Translations under genes and position numbers: made by a program
In this document: positions 23,119 to 35,721 of the stretch, piece by piece
Layout: every line of letters begins with the position of its first letter
Numbering within the stretch: position 1 is the stretch's first letter
NCBI RefSeq assembly: GCF_006345805.1
Contig: NW_021835066.1
Location: 1 to 43,515 of the forward strand
From: Octopus sinensis
Lineage: Eukaryota
Length of the DNA: 43,515 nucleotides
Reading direction: 5' to 3'
The notes under the pieces: generated by a model
Seen by the model: only the letters and a program-made list of their open reading frames with translations
Told to the model about the DNA's origin: nothing
The model's database searches: none

Positions 23119-23370
23119 CCACACACACGCATACACACACACGCACACTCACACACACACACACGTACCCACACACGCACGCACTCATGCACACTCACAC
23201 ACACACACGCACACACACACACGCATACACACACACACTCACACGCATAAACACACACACACACACACGCACGCACGCACGCACGCACACTCTCACACAC
23301 ACACACACACGCACACACACACGCGCACACACGCACACACGCACACACACACGCACACAAACACACGCAC

Positions 23371-23408
<38 letters not shown>
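23119..23408. repeat. Imperfect (CA)n/(CACG)n microsatellite
   Basis: Visible directly in the sequence. Confidence 0.95.
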
Positions 23409-23409
<1 letters not shown>

Positions 23410-24335
23410 AGTATATACAAATATATCTTTGACAGCCTCTGGCTGTATTCATTTGATTAGGCGTTTTCTTTCTGGTTTTCTGAATCTCAGCTTCTCTAAA
23501 CATTAGCACTAAAGCTGTTAGTCACGTAAGTGCTTCAATAATTATTGGTAAAAATCTAAAGCTATAACCCAGATCGAGTATCTTCGGTTTTTCCATTAGG
23601 TTGGCGTAAATGTTTTCCCTTTCGCTAACATTTAACACTTACGTTGACATCTGTCGTGCAACAGTTTTAACTGCTAAATTTTCCTTCCTCTGTCCTAAAT
23701 CATTATATCCAGTCTGTTGTGTTCGCATATTATTGAAGTCTCAACGGGGATAATCTGTCAGTATTCTTTCAAATCATGTGTGGTTATATCTTCCACGCCA
23801 CTGTAGCTCTTTACCTCTGTCTTAGGATTATCCTTCCTATGGATTTCATTATATAGTATTTTAGCCATAACAACATATCTTCTGGGTATATACTACCGTG
23901 AAGACATTTTCAGGCAGCTACTTAATGGTACTGCTGACATTCTCAGTGTTATTGCTACAAATTACAAAACACAAAACCCGCCTCGGTTTTTGCATTTTGA
24001 TGGTTTATCTGCATTTCTATTCGTTTTGTGCCTCAGGTATTTCGTGGCTATTTTCTGTCTCTGTATTACAAAAGCATATCCTTGAAAGCAAATGCTAATA
24101 TCCCAGTTGTTATTTCAGGATAGATTCTGGTTGTAAATGCTGCAGTAACTCCAGGGAATATAGCTACGCAAGATCTTTTTCGAATATGTATGCAACCTCC
24201 CTTCTGATGATTCGTTGCGGTAGAGTAAACCCAGAGTGCCACACAGTCGGACTGACTCCAAAACCACGTGGTAGGGCTGACTTCAAAACCACGTGGTACA
24301 GAAGCGAACTTGTTTATCACACAACCACACCGCAC

Positions 24336-24556
24336 GGCAGAATCGTTAGCACGCCGGGCGAAATGCGTAGCCGTATTTCGTGTGCCGTTACGTTCTGAGT
24401 TCAAATTCCGCTGGGGTCGACTTTGCCTTTCATCCTCTCGGGGTCGATTAAATAAGTACCAGTTATGCACTGGGGTCGATATGATCCACTAAATCCGTTT
24501 GTCTGTCCTTGTTTGTCCCCTCTGTGTATAGCCCCTTGTGGGCAGCAAAGAAATAA
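24336..24556 (+). mobile_element. SINE family A monomer with tail Y
   Basis: GGCAGAATCGTTAGCACGCCGGGCGAAATG...GAGTTCAAATTCC...AGCCCCTTGTGGGCAGCAAAGAAATA. Confidence 0.9.
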
Positions 24557-25408
24557 ATATCGGTGGTAATTGCACATTTTTAAAGCAGTTTACAATTAAA
24601 CTGCAAAATATATTGTCGATGAATTATCCGTTGAGTCCTATGGGAGGTTATAACTCTCTACACCGTGTATCTTCTCCAGAATTAACTTTGATAATAAAGT
24701 TATATATTTAAATATTGAACAAACCAAGTTATTTTCAGCATCTTGTTTGTTTTGTAATCAGACTTATCACTTTATTCCAGTTATAGTTTCAGAAAATCTG
24801 TCCTGAACTCTTGGGAAATTATAGAGTTATAATTTGAAGAATAAATACAAAAACAAGCCAGAGACTGATGATTTGTCTCGTAGCTTGACAATTTTCTATG
24901 CCGCAAAGCATAAATGATATAGAAAAAAAACTAACACACCACCGGGCGTAATAAATTCGTATCGACCAACAAAAGTATATCTATAAATTTGACTGATAGC
25001 AATAATTTGAGTAGATCTTCTGCTTTATTCTCTATTGACTGGACTATCTTTTCATTGGCAGTTAAACCAACTAATACATGTCTATTTTTATTGGTCATTA
25101 AAGCAGAAATTTCTATGCGCATGAATAAAAAGCTATTTATAATATTCTCGAATCGTTTGATATTACAATTTACGTTCTACGATTTGATGAGCTTTCGTTT
25201 TATTCCAGCCTGATTAACATTGCCTTTAATACAATTGCCAACTTTTCGTGTCAAAATGGAAACAGTTTGTTATTATATTTGAAATTTACTTCAATCAGGC
25301 ATTTTGTTTATGTAAATTCAAACCTCATAAACAATTGTCTGTATAATCATTTCCTGTCAGGGTTAGTGGAATTTCGGTACGACCAGTTTCTTCCTTTGTC
25401 TCGAAACC

Positions 25409-25712
25409 AATGGAGAAGTTCTTAAGCAGATAAGGCCGAAAATGTCGCTAGAAGCTGGGATCACCAAGCGTAGATTGGCATATTTCGGTCATATTATGCG
25501 GAGAGAATCCCTGGAGAAGGATATCATGCTCGGAATGGTCAGTGGCAAGAGAGGAAGAGGCCGACCAAGAACCCGCTGGCTTGACACCATCAGGAGTGAT
25601 ACGGGAATGGACATGGCCAGTCTGAATGAAGCGGCTCAGGATAGAACTGACTGGAGGACACTGATCCAAAGAGTGACCGAGAGTCGGCTTCGACTGAGCG
25701 GTTAGAGAGAGA
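25409..25712 (+). mobile_element. 5'-truncated RTE-clade (BovB-like) LINE with 11-bp TSD
   Basis: RLAYFGHIMRRESLEKDIMLGMVSGKRGRGRPRTRWLDTI...AAQDRTDWR is an RTE C-terminus. The stop is followed directly by (GA)n. GTCTCGAAACC occurs at 25398-25408 and 25713-25723. Confidence 0.92.
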
Positions 25713-25971
25713 GTCTCGAAACCTTTATTACTAAGGTAAGCTTTCGTGATTCAGGAATTGTACAGAACTGCTTAGTCCATCCATTCCGATCTGAAGAACT
25801 TTTCTGCTTCGAAACCTCTGTTACTATTGCTCAGCTGTAATGATTCTGAGAAGGTGACAGCGCAGATTTCTCATTACTTAACCCATTCTTCTTGCTAGAA
25901 TTCCAAGAACATTTAAAGAAAGGACAAAAGGAAAAGCTATATCGCTGTGATGTCTTTGTCTTTCTCGTGTA

Positions 25972-26150
25972 TTTCTTATGCTTTACCTGTTTAGGTTCTT
26001 GGACTGCTCCCATCGTGGGGCGCTGCTTCGAAGGCTTTAAGTCTAATACATCGACCCCAGTACTTATTTTTAAAGACCGGTTCTTATTTATCGGTCACTG
26101 GAGACGTAAACAAAACAGCACCGGCTATCAAGCGGTCACACACACACATA
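25972..26150 (-). mobile_element. SINE family B, degenerate 3' half
   Basis: TCGACCCCAGTACTTATT and GACGTAAACAAAACAGCACCGG.T.TCAAGC followed by (CA)n match the reverse complement of 15660-15850. Confidence 0.65.
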
Positions 26151-26480
26151 TAAGTAACAAGTGAAATGTGATACGTGGAGATGAGACAAGTGTAGTAATT
26201 TCTGAATGTAATGAAATGAATTAACAAAAGTTAGTCAAAACTTATAACAATTTTCTTTCAGTTGTTACGATGTCACACAGCTGCAACGAGTCGGAAGAAA
26301 ACACAAAGACGTGTATTATGTACAGCAGACTTTGCATTGAAATCTATTGTACAATCCTCACAGTAGTCTTCCGCTAAATATATGGAAGTATGAAAAGAAA
26401 AAACGTTCAAGAATCGCGTGAAAAATATTCGTTAGTGTCTGCGTCATCGAGATTACTAAAAATGATAGGAATAACATATC

Positions 26481-26631
26481 TATTTCTTTACTACCCACAA
26501 GGGGCTAAACACAGAGGGGACAAACAAGGACAGACAAAGGGATTACGTCGATTGTATCAACCCCAGTGCGTAACTAGTACTTAATTTATCGACCCCGAAA
26601 GGATGAAAGGCAAAGTCGACCTCGGCGGAAT
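26481..26631 (-). mobile_element. SINE family A, 5'-truncated, tail Y
   Basis: TATTTCTTTACTACCCACAAGGGGCTAAACACAGAG...GTCGACCTCGGCGGAAT. Confidence 0.9.
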
Positions 26632-26875
26632 AAAATATATGAATGAAAGCCACAGAAGAAAACTGTAAATTACAGAAGGCACTGGATGATTGGCTTCTTT
26701 TTAATAGATATTGCGAATATATAACTGTGATAAAGCGGAATTAGATTGCTGTTAATCCCAGTTGGTCGGCCAGAACGAGGTGCATCTTGAACGGTAAAAG
26801 GTCGAAATCTGGAAAACCTCTTCTGGTATACTCACACGTTTCGTAAGTGAATTTTCTCCGTATATAGTATATACG

Positions 26876-27127
26876 TGGAGGAGCGTGGTTTAGTGGTTAG
26901 GGTATCAGCATCATGATCGTTAGATTGTGGTTTCGATTCCTGGACCGGGCGACTCGTTGTGTTCTTGAGGAAGACACTTCATTTCACGTTGCTCCAGTCT
27001 ACTCAGCTGGCAAAAATGAGTAACGCTACGATGGACTGGCGTCCCGTCCAGCTGGGGAACACATACGCCATAGAAACCGGGAAACCGGGCCCATGAGCCA
27101 AGCTAAGCTTTAAAAGGGTGCATTTAT
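26876..27127 (+). mobile_element. tRNA-derived SINE with V-domain-like 3' half
   Basis: TGGTTTAGTGG A box and GTTTCGATTCC B box. The middle is shared with 40115-40250 and the 3' half with 4278-4380. Confidence 0.85.
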
Positions 27128-27369
27128 TATTTTTTTTATAATACATATATTCCTGCAGATTTCCGCTTCTTTCTAGCTGTTTTTTGGCAATAAAAAATGT
27201 TTGACGTATCGATGATGTTCGATTTGGTTCTTCATTTTCAGGGGTGATCTCAAGCGAAACGAAATACAACCCGTCTCGTCTAAAATACGCGTCGAATCGC
27301 GTTAGCGTATCGGGTCTCTACCGAATACGCATGTGCAAAGGAGACAAAAAAACCGAACAAACTTCTTGG

Positions 27370-27370
<1 letters not shown>

Positions 27371-27415
<45 letters not shown>

Positions 27416-27562
27416 ACAAACACACACAGACACACAAACACACACACACAAACACACACAAACACACACACAAACTCACACACACTCACAAACACACACA
27501 AAAGCACACATACAAACACACACACACAAACACACACAAACACACACACACACACACACACA
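27371..27562. repeat. Imperfect (CA)n microsatellite
   Basis: Visible directly in the sequence. Confidence 0.95.
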
Positions 27563-27659
27563 TGAATGAGTGTTTGTATGTATATCTCACTGTTGAACTT
27601 GCTCCTCTCTGTATGCTTACAGAAAAAAATCTATTAATGGGTCAGAAGTAGAGTATTAC

Positions 27660-27802
27660 TCCATCATCGTCGTCGTCGTCGTCGTCATCATCAGTACCTC
27701 TCGAAACATTCGCATCCAATTTACCATCAGCAATTCCAGCATCATGTAATAGTTGATGTAGTTATCGTCATCATCATCTTCTACTTCATGAATGTCATCG
27801 AT

Positions 27803-27847
<45 letters not shown>

Positions 27848-29545
27848 GTCATCGTCATCGTCATCGTCGTCGTCATCGTCGTTATCCTCGCTATCATCAT
27901 TGCTACCGTCGACATTGTCGTCGTCATGGGCAACGTGGTTACCATGATCCACATGATCATCGCAATCATCGTTGTCATCAACCTCATCCTCATCGCCGTC
28001 GTCGTGGGCCCACTCCTCTACCACCTCTTCTCCTCCTCCTCATCAGCATCATCTTCTTCTTCCTCCTCCTCCTCATCAGCATCAGCACCATCAGCATCAT
28101 CAACATAATCATAATCATCTTCAACATCTTCATCATCAACATCGTCGTCGTTGTCCTCTTCTTCATCTCCCCTCTTCTTCTTCTTCTTCTTCTTCTTTTT
28201 CTTCTTCTTTTTCTGCTGCTTCTTCCTCCTCCTCCTTTTCCACCACCACCACCTCCTCCTCCTCCACCTCCTCCTATTCTTCTTCTTCTTCTTCTTCTTC
28301 TTCTTCTTCTTCTTCCTCCTCCTCCTCCTCATCATCATCATCATCACCACCACCATTATCGTCATTCTGTTACCATGACCACTGCTTCTAATATCTCTAT
28401 TATATTCACGTATTATCCTTAGGCATCGGTTGAGGAGGAGGAGGAGGGGGTTGAGGAGAAGGAGGCGCAGTAATAGGAGTGGCAATAGTGATGGTGGTGG
28501 TCTTTGCACTGCTTATTAACACAAGCACTTCAGACGACTATCTGGTCTTTCAACAGCCGAACTCAAGTGTGGAGTGGGCATAACCAAGTGCTTACACCAT
28601 ACACGTCATCACCGATAGATCCAGCACGCTCTGCTGCCACCACCGCCGCCAGCAGCAGCGGCAGCACCGCCGCCAGCAGCAGCAGCAGCACCGCCAGCAT
28701 CGCGACCACGACAACTAAGATCACGACGACAACGACGACACCGACGGCGCCGATGACCACACCATCACCACCACTGCCACCAGCAGCAGCAACAACAACA
28801 GCAACAACAACAGCAACAACAACAGCAATAACAACATTCCAACCACAGCTACATCACCACCACCACCACCACCACCACCAACACCAACAACAACAACAAC
28901 AACAATAACAGCAGCAACAACATCAACAACAACATCATTCCGACCACAGCTACATCACCACCACCACCACCACCACCAACACCACCGCCACCACCACCAC
29001 CACTACCACCACCAGCAGCACTATTATTAGCTTCACCACCACAAACACCACCATCATTAAGACTACCAGCAACCACCGGGGACCACTGTCACCACCACCA
29101 TCACCACCACCGACACCATCACCAAAAACAACAACAACACCGACACCAACACCCTCATTACCACCACTAGCAACTACCAGCAGTAACAACAACAATCCCC
29201 CATCACCGTTACCATCACCACCACCACCACCACCACCACCACCACCACAACAACAACAACAACAACAGCAACCACATTACTACAACCACCAGCAACTACT
29301 AGCAACAGCAACCCCCCCAACAATAACAGCAACAACAACAAACAAGAATAACACTTCTAGCACCAGCGGCATCATCACCATCACCAACACCATCGCAAAG
29401 AGCTGCACTAATCAGCATCATAATCAGCATCATAATCACTATCAGCAATATCACCATTACTACAAATAGTACGACGCCGCTTCCGACGGCGACAGCAGCG
29501 ACGATGAGGATGACCACCATCGCCGCCACCACCACAACCACCATT
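27660..29545. repeat. Compound trinucleotide low-complexity region (CAT/CGT/CTT/CCT/CAC/CAA/CAG)
   Basis: Visible directly. Parts are duplicated at 31820-32220 and 41330-41660. Confidence 0.9.
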
Positions 29546-29996
29546 ATAACTTTCAGTTTCACTTTCGTTTTCTCCGTGGCCGATTTCCATTTCTTCTTCA
29601 GCTCTGTTTTTTTTTTCTTTTCCTTTTCGTTGTGGATGTTCTTATCTATTTTCTTTGATTCTGTATTTCAAAACATCTGTTATTTCCCGTTAGAATATGA
29701 TTTCGTTTGTCTTTGAGTGTTGCTTTCGTCAATCTGTTTACCTATTTTATTTACTCCCCCCTCTCACTCTTTCTCTTTTTCTCTCTGTCTCTCTCTCTCG
29801 ATGTAATAGTTTCTCTTACCATCATTCTTCTTCGCATTTCTTTATCTGTAACAATTTATCACTCAGTGTGCTTGTATGCTACCTACATGTCAGTCTCTTG
29901 ATGTATATATAAATCTACACACACGCGCGCGCGCGAGCATGTGTGTGTGCTTGTGTGTGTCTACATATACATACATCATACATCATATCTATCTAT

Positions 29997-30063
<67 letters not shown>

Positions 30064-30310
30064 ATCAAAATAAGCAACAATGATACCCAGAGGTAACGCA
30101 ATACGATCGTTTTATGAAACTCCATTTAATTAAACAATGCAATCATTACATCAATGTAAAATGCAGCGCAATCCTCAGCTGCACAAAGACATAGAATTTA
30201 ATTAAATTAGAACAGATGGACACAGTAGTATAATTATACCTAAAATCTCCAAGCAGTTAAAGAGATAGACAAAGTTTGATCATGGACAATTCTGTACACA
30301 CACACACACA

Positions 30311-30346
<36 letters not shown>

Positions 30347-30366
30347 ATATATATATGTATATATAA

Positions 30367-30440
30367 ATTAAATTAGAGATAAAACCACTATTAGGCAAAT
30401 CAAATAGTGAAAAACAAACCAAAACATAAAAAAAAAATAT
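30367..30440 (-). mobile_element. Diverged terminal fragment related to the 38541-38881 element
   Basis: AATTAGAGATAAAACCACTATTAGGCAAATCAAA matches AATTAGAGACAAAACCACTATTTTGCAAATCAAA at 38546. Both follow a TA-rich tract. Confidence 0.65.
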
Positions 30441-30625
30441 ATAACAAAATATATAAAATATAAAATTTTAAAATTAAATTATTAAATTTTAAATTAAAAT
30501 TATTAATTTATATTATATATACATGTGTACAGAATTGTACATAATCAACTTATTAAATTTATTATCTAAGTAGAAATACATGCATTCATACTATTATGTA
30601 TATCTTTCAATATCAACGATCTCTC

Positions 30626-30733
<108 letters not shown>

Positions 30734-30829
30734 CATATATATATATATATATAATTTTTCTATGTACGTCACTATACACACACACACACACACACAAGTA
30801 ACCACAGAAATCTACCTATCTATCTCTCC

Positions 30830-30906
<77 letters not shown>

Positions 30907-30908
<2 letters not shown>

Positions 30909-31530
30909 AGGCTTGGATGGTCTGCTCTACCAACTTTATTGTCATATGCCAGACTTGTTTGGGGGCGTGTTACTGGCTGTCTACTGCAACTGGCAGCAAA
31001 ACGGGAGTATCCTCGTCTTTGTAAAGCGAGGAGCAGTGGCACTGCTAAAGAAAGATCCAAACAAGGGGAACGTCATAGATAACTTCAGGCCCATCACTCT
31101 GTTCAACGCAGATTTGAAAATTTTGGCCAAGGTGTTAGCCGAGAGAATGGCGCTTGTCATTGAGAAACTAGTCGACAAGGCGCATACGTGCGCCGTACCG
31201 GGTAGGAGTATCCGTGACAACCTCCATCTGATACGTTACATCATAGACAGGGTAGCTACGACTCCTGGCATGAGCGGGGCGCTGATCAATTTGGATCAAT
31301 CAAAAGCTTTCGACAGGGTAGACCATCACTACTTGGAGGCGGTTCTTAAAGCGGCTGGCTTCGGTCCCATCTTCCGCGGTTGGACCGCTGCCTTATACAG
31401 CGGCATTCGCTCGGTAGTTAGCGTAAATGGTCATCTATCCAGACCATTTAACATCATGCGTTCGGTTTGTCAAGGATGCCCCAACTCGTAGCTTCTGTAT
31501 GTATTGATTCTTGAGCCACTAGCGACGCTG
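30907..31530 (+). pseudogene. L1/Tx1-clade LINE reverse transcriptase fragment
   Basis: GLDGL..Y, NFRPITLFNADLKILAKVLA, GRSIRDN, LDQSKAFDRVDH, VNGHLS, SVCQGCP motifs, then a premature stop followed by LLYVLILEPL. It starts right after (TATC)n. Confidence 0.92.
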
Positions 31531-31819
31531 AGTGACATCCCACGATGCTGTGTTCAATGAAGAAAGTAGACGGCTATGGATGCCATTGATATCATATCAA
31601 CACCATCGTATCGATACGAACACTAACTCCACAAACGAGTTTTTCCATACATTTTTTTCCTGCGATGCATCAATATCCACCGTCCGTGATGTTTCCTCAG
31701 ATCATTCAGTGTTTCGAGTCTTTCAACAATCAGACACTCGCACCGGGACACTCACCGGGATTGATCAAGGCCCATCCTATGTCCAGTTGGCATCACCACC
31801 CCTAACTGCACAGACCCTT

Positions 31820-32220
31820 CCAGCAGCAGCAGCAATAACAACAACAACAGCAACAACATTCCAACCACAGCTACATCACCACCACCACCACCACCACCAC
31901 CACCACCAACACCACCACCACCGCCACCACCACCATCACCACCACCACCACAACAACAACAACAACATTCCGACCACAGCTACATCACCACCACCGCCAC
32001 CGCCACCACCACCACCACTACAACCTCCACCAGCACTATTATTAGCTTCACCACCACAAACACCACCATCATTAAGACTACCAGCAACCACAGGGGACCA
32101 CTGTCACCACCACCATCACCACCACCATCACCACCACCAAAAACAACAACAACAACGACACCAACACCCTCATTACCACCACTAGCAACTACCAGCAGTA
32201 ACAACAACAATCCCCCACCA
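31820..32220. repeat. Dispersed duplicate of low-complexity block 28780-29202
   Basis: Shared anchors ACATTCCAACCACAGCTACATCACC, GCACTATTATTAGCTTCACCACCACAAACACC, GGGGACCACTGTCACC and CCCTCATTACCACCACTAGCAACTACC. Confidence 0.9.
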
Positions 32221-32713
32221 CCTTGAAGCAATCTGCGCTGCTTCCACATCCAACCCAATGGCCTCCTATCTAGTGGACCCCGTGATCCCAAACACATAAC
32301 TCTACAGAGGGACTGACCAACAAACCCTATCAAATCTATGAGTTGTCTAAAGAGAGCTTGTTATTCTCACTTCACTTTTAAGTCTTTGCATTTACACATT
32401 TTATTCCGGTGCTATGTAATACCAGCGAAGATCCTTCTGTCAGCTTTCGGAAGCTTTTAAATAGAAGTTCTCCAAATCACTTTGCGGTTAAATAGATTCG
32501 ATGACGGCTATCATTTTTGTTGGAAAAATTGCTCTTCCCGATAGCAATTGTTCCCCCAATTCCTATGATATTTCTCGATTTTCTGAAGATATTAAAAACA
32601 AGCGAAAAAACTGCCACAGCAGAGAACAATATAATTGTAAGCAAACAATTGACGTTGCCATAACCACTATTAAACTCGCACACACACACACACACACGCA
32701 CATAGATACATGC

Positions 32714-32747
<34 letters not shown>

Positions 32748-33464
32748 ACGCGTACATATACATGTGTACATATACATGCATACATATATATATATCTATA
32801 TATCTATCTATCTATCCATATATATATATACGTGTGTGTGTAGTATTAATACTCAACTATATATGCACACACATTCCCTCTATCACACACACACACACAC
32901 TCATACACACACACACTCACACACACTCATACACACACACGCACACATTACCTCTGCGTACGTATAAATAACAAACCTTTTTTCGACGTGAATTGGGGGA
33001 AAAAAAAAACTTCCATACCATTCTTATGTTAAAAGTTATTGACGATATTACTCTGAGATTACCTGAACATATATAAAAACAACAACACACTGGACTATAA
33101 ACCCCTGCTTGCAAATAGAAGTTATTATATGGAGTTATATCGAGGTTATCATTCTGAGTTTAAAAAAAAAAACCCATCTAGAAGATACCCACAGCGCACA
33201 CGGTAATGGAATATCTAAATATAAGCGAGCGATATGGATAACAAAAGAGATAATCTAAAATAAAAGATAAAAAAGTGCGCTGCAGAATCAGATATTTAAG
33301 TACCATTATAATACATATGGTGAATAATGTATTCGTATCACACCAACTACATTGTATGAAAATGTCTGATAAAAGTCCTTTGCGGTTTTACGCGACAAAC
33401 TCTTGAAGGGAAGTTAGTAATTTTAAAACGTGAAATGAAGACTGAGCGAGAAACTACGATAAGC

Positions 33465-33610
33465 ACAGGCACGGGTGCATGGCTAAGAAGATCGTTGTGC
33501 AACTATGTGGTATTGGATTAAGTCTTAGTGAGGTGCTGTGGGCAAATGTCTTCTAGTATAGCTCTGGACCAATCGATGTGTTGTGGGTGAATCTGGTTGG
33601 CAGAAAGCCA
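33465..33610 (+). mobile_element. SINE family B, degenerate 5' half
   Basis: TGGGCAAATGTCTTCTAGTATAGCTCTGGACCAATCGATG..TTGTGGGTGAATCTGGT aligns with 15480-15545. Confidence 0.6.
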
Positions 33611-33612
33611 TA

Positions 33613-34785
33613 AGGCGGCGAGCTGGCAGAAACGTTTGCACGCCGGCCGAAACGCCTAGCGGTATTTCGTCTGCCGCTACGTTCTGAGTTCAAATTCCGC
33701 CGACGTCGACTTAATCCATTTGTCTGTCCTTGTTTGTCCTTTCTGTGTTTAGCCCCTTGTGGGCAGTAAGAAATAGGTATTCGTCTCCTTCGAACGTTCT
33801 GAGTTCAAATTCCGCCGAGGTCGACTTTGCCCTTCATCCCTTCGGGGTCGATAAATTAAGTACCAGTTACGCACTGGGGTCGATATAATCGACTTAATAC
33901 CTATGTCTGTCCTTGTTTGTCCCCTCTGTGTTTAGCCCCTTGTGGGTAATAAAGAAATAAGAATTTCGTCTGCCGTTACGTTCTGAGTTCAAATTCCGCC
34001 GAGGTCGACTTTGCCCTTCATCCCTTCGGGGTCGATAAATTAAGTACCAGTTACGCACTGGGGTCGATATAATCGACTTAATCCGTTTGTCTGTTCTTGT
34101 TTGTCCTTTCTGTGTTTAGCCCCTTGTGAGTAGTAAAGAAATAGGTATTTCGTCTGCCGCTACGTTCTGAGTTCAAATTCCGGCGAGGTAGATTTTGCTT
34201 TTCATCCTTTCGGGGTCGATAAATTGAGTACCAGTTACGCACTGGGGTTGATATAATCGACTTAATCCATTTGTCTGCTGTCCTTGTTTGTCTTCTCTGT
34301 GTTTAGCCCCTTGTGGGCAGTAAAGAAATAGGTATTTCGTCTGCCGCTACGTTCTGAGTTCAAATTCCGGCGAGGCAGATTTTGCTTTTCATCCTTTCGG
34401 GGTCGATAAATTGAGTACTAGTTACGCACTGGGGTCGATATAATCGACTTAATCCGTTTGTCTGTCCTTGTTTGTCCTTTCTGTGTTTAGCCCCTCGTGG
34501 GCAGTAAAGAAATAGGTATTTCGTCTGCCGCTACGTTCTGAGTTCAAATTCCGGCGAGGCAGATTTTGCTTTTCATCCTTTCGGGGTCGATAAATTGAGT
34601 ACTAGTTACGCACTGGGGTCGATATAATCGACTTAATCCGTTTGTCTGTCCTTGTTTGTCCTTTCTGTGTTTAGCCCCTCGTGGGCAGTAAAGAAATAGG
34701 TATTTCGTCTGCCGCTACGTCCTGAGTTCAAATTCCACTGAGGTCGACTATACCTTTCATCCTTTTGGGTCGATATAATCGACTT
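33613..34785 (+). mobile_element. SINE family A concatemer: one head plus six headless units (184-bp period)
   Basis: Unit starts at 33776, 33960, 34144, 34331, 34515 and 34699. The first and last units carry internal deletions between repeated TCGA motifs. Confidence 0.95.
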
Positions 34786-35372
34786 ATATATATATATATA
34801 TATTATATATATATATATATATATAATAAGTATACACACACATGTAGAGAGTCGAAGAAATAGGTATATTACCTTTTTTCCTATATTATTTCGTACACGG
34901 AATTGAGTTTGCCAATAAAATATAAAAATAAAAATAAAAAGATATAAAGATAAAACTGATTTATTCCTAGCAGGAATTATATAACCAATAATTTTGTTAT
35001 GACTATTCTATAGATTTTTTTTTTTCTAAATCCTTTTCTTTAGACACTCAGCAAGCTCTTTCAACGATGCGGACTACAGTTCAAAGAATGTTTTAGTAAA
35101 GATTCCTTGCTTTATGAAAGTTCTTGAACTCAACTTTGTCTCAATGATTTCACATTGTCCTATTGTTGAATAATATTCTCCAGGCCATAATGAATTCTAA
35201 ATTACCCTGTCTTGGAGAAGTTGGCATCATTAAACAGAGCGTTATCATTATGGTATACTGCCAATCTCAGTTAAACAAAACTAATGTGTAATAGGTGAGT
35301 GGTAAATGTTTTTGTGAAAAATTTCTGCTGTGACGTATTTACTAAGGAATATAATTAATCCAAACGTCTGGA

Positions 35373-35720
35373 CCAGTTGCACTCAAACATTTGTTGTCTA
35401 TGGACCCCTTTGATTACAATATAAAGTCGCTTACTAGCACACACCAAGCCATTCGTTGTTCAAATACTAGTTTTATAGACATTTTTTCAAAATTTCCGTT
35501 TTGTTTTTCACCCATTAACTTGTGTAGATTGAACTAAGTAGTGTTAGAGAAACAAACGTAGCTGTTTCTTCCAATATATACCAATATATACATCTAGAGA
35601 AAAATAGTATTTTAAGGGGCCCTTAAAAACTATTGTTGATCCCCAATTTCCTATTTTGCTGTGTAGTCTCTTGAAAATGAATCCTTAAGGGCCATATGGA
35701 CCCTGAGGAATGTTTGAAGG
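35373..35720. mobile_element. Possible degenerate non-autonomous hAT-like DNA transposon
   Basis: CAGTTGCACTCAAAC..ATGGACCCC start and GGGCCATATGGACCC..TTTGAAG end resemble Charlie-type termini. The TIR match is poor and no TSD is seen. Confidence 0.3.
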
Positions 35721-35721
35721 A

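Noticed and set aside
23430-24300. Unique-looking stretch considered as exons or a decayed LINE
   Set aside because: No recognisable protein motif or consistent frame could be read by eye.
27656-29590. Poly-D/H/S/Q/T ORFs resembling low-complexity proteins (also 6324-6989, 31532-32185, 41222-41813)
   Set aside because: Trinucleotide repeats are open in several frames on both strands, and duplicated copies differ in run length. There is no splice or domain support.
30120-30190. CUGAGGA on minus near a TA-flanked segment
   Set aside because: No downstream GAAA, so the hammerhead core is incomplete.
33613-34785. Regular repeat array that could be mistaken for CRISPR
   Set aside because: Whole 184-bp SINE units repeat with no unique spacers and no cas genes, in a eukaryotic context.
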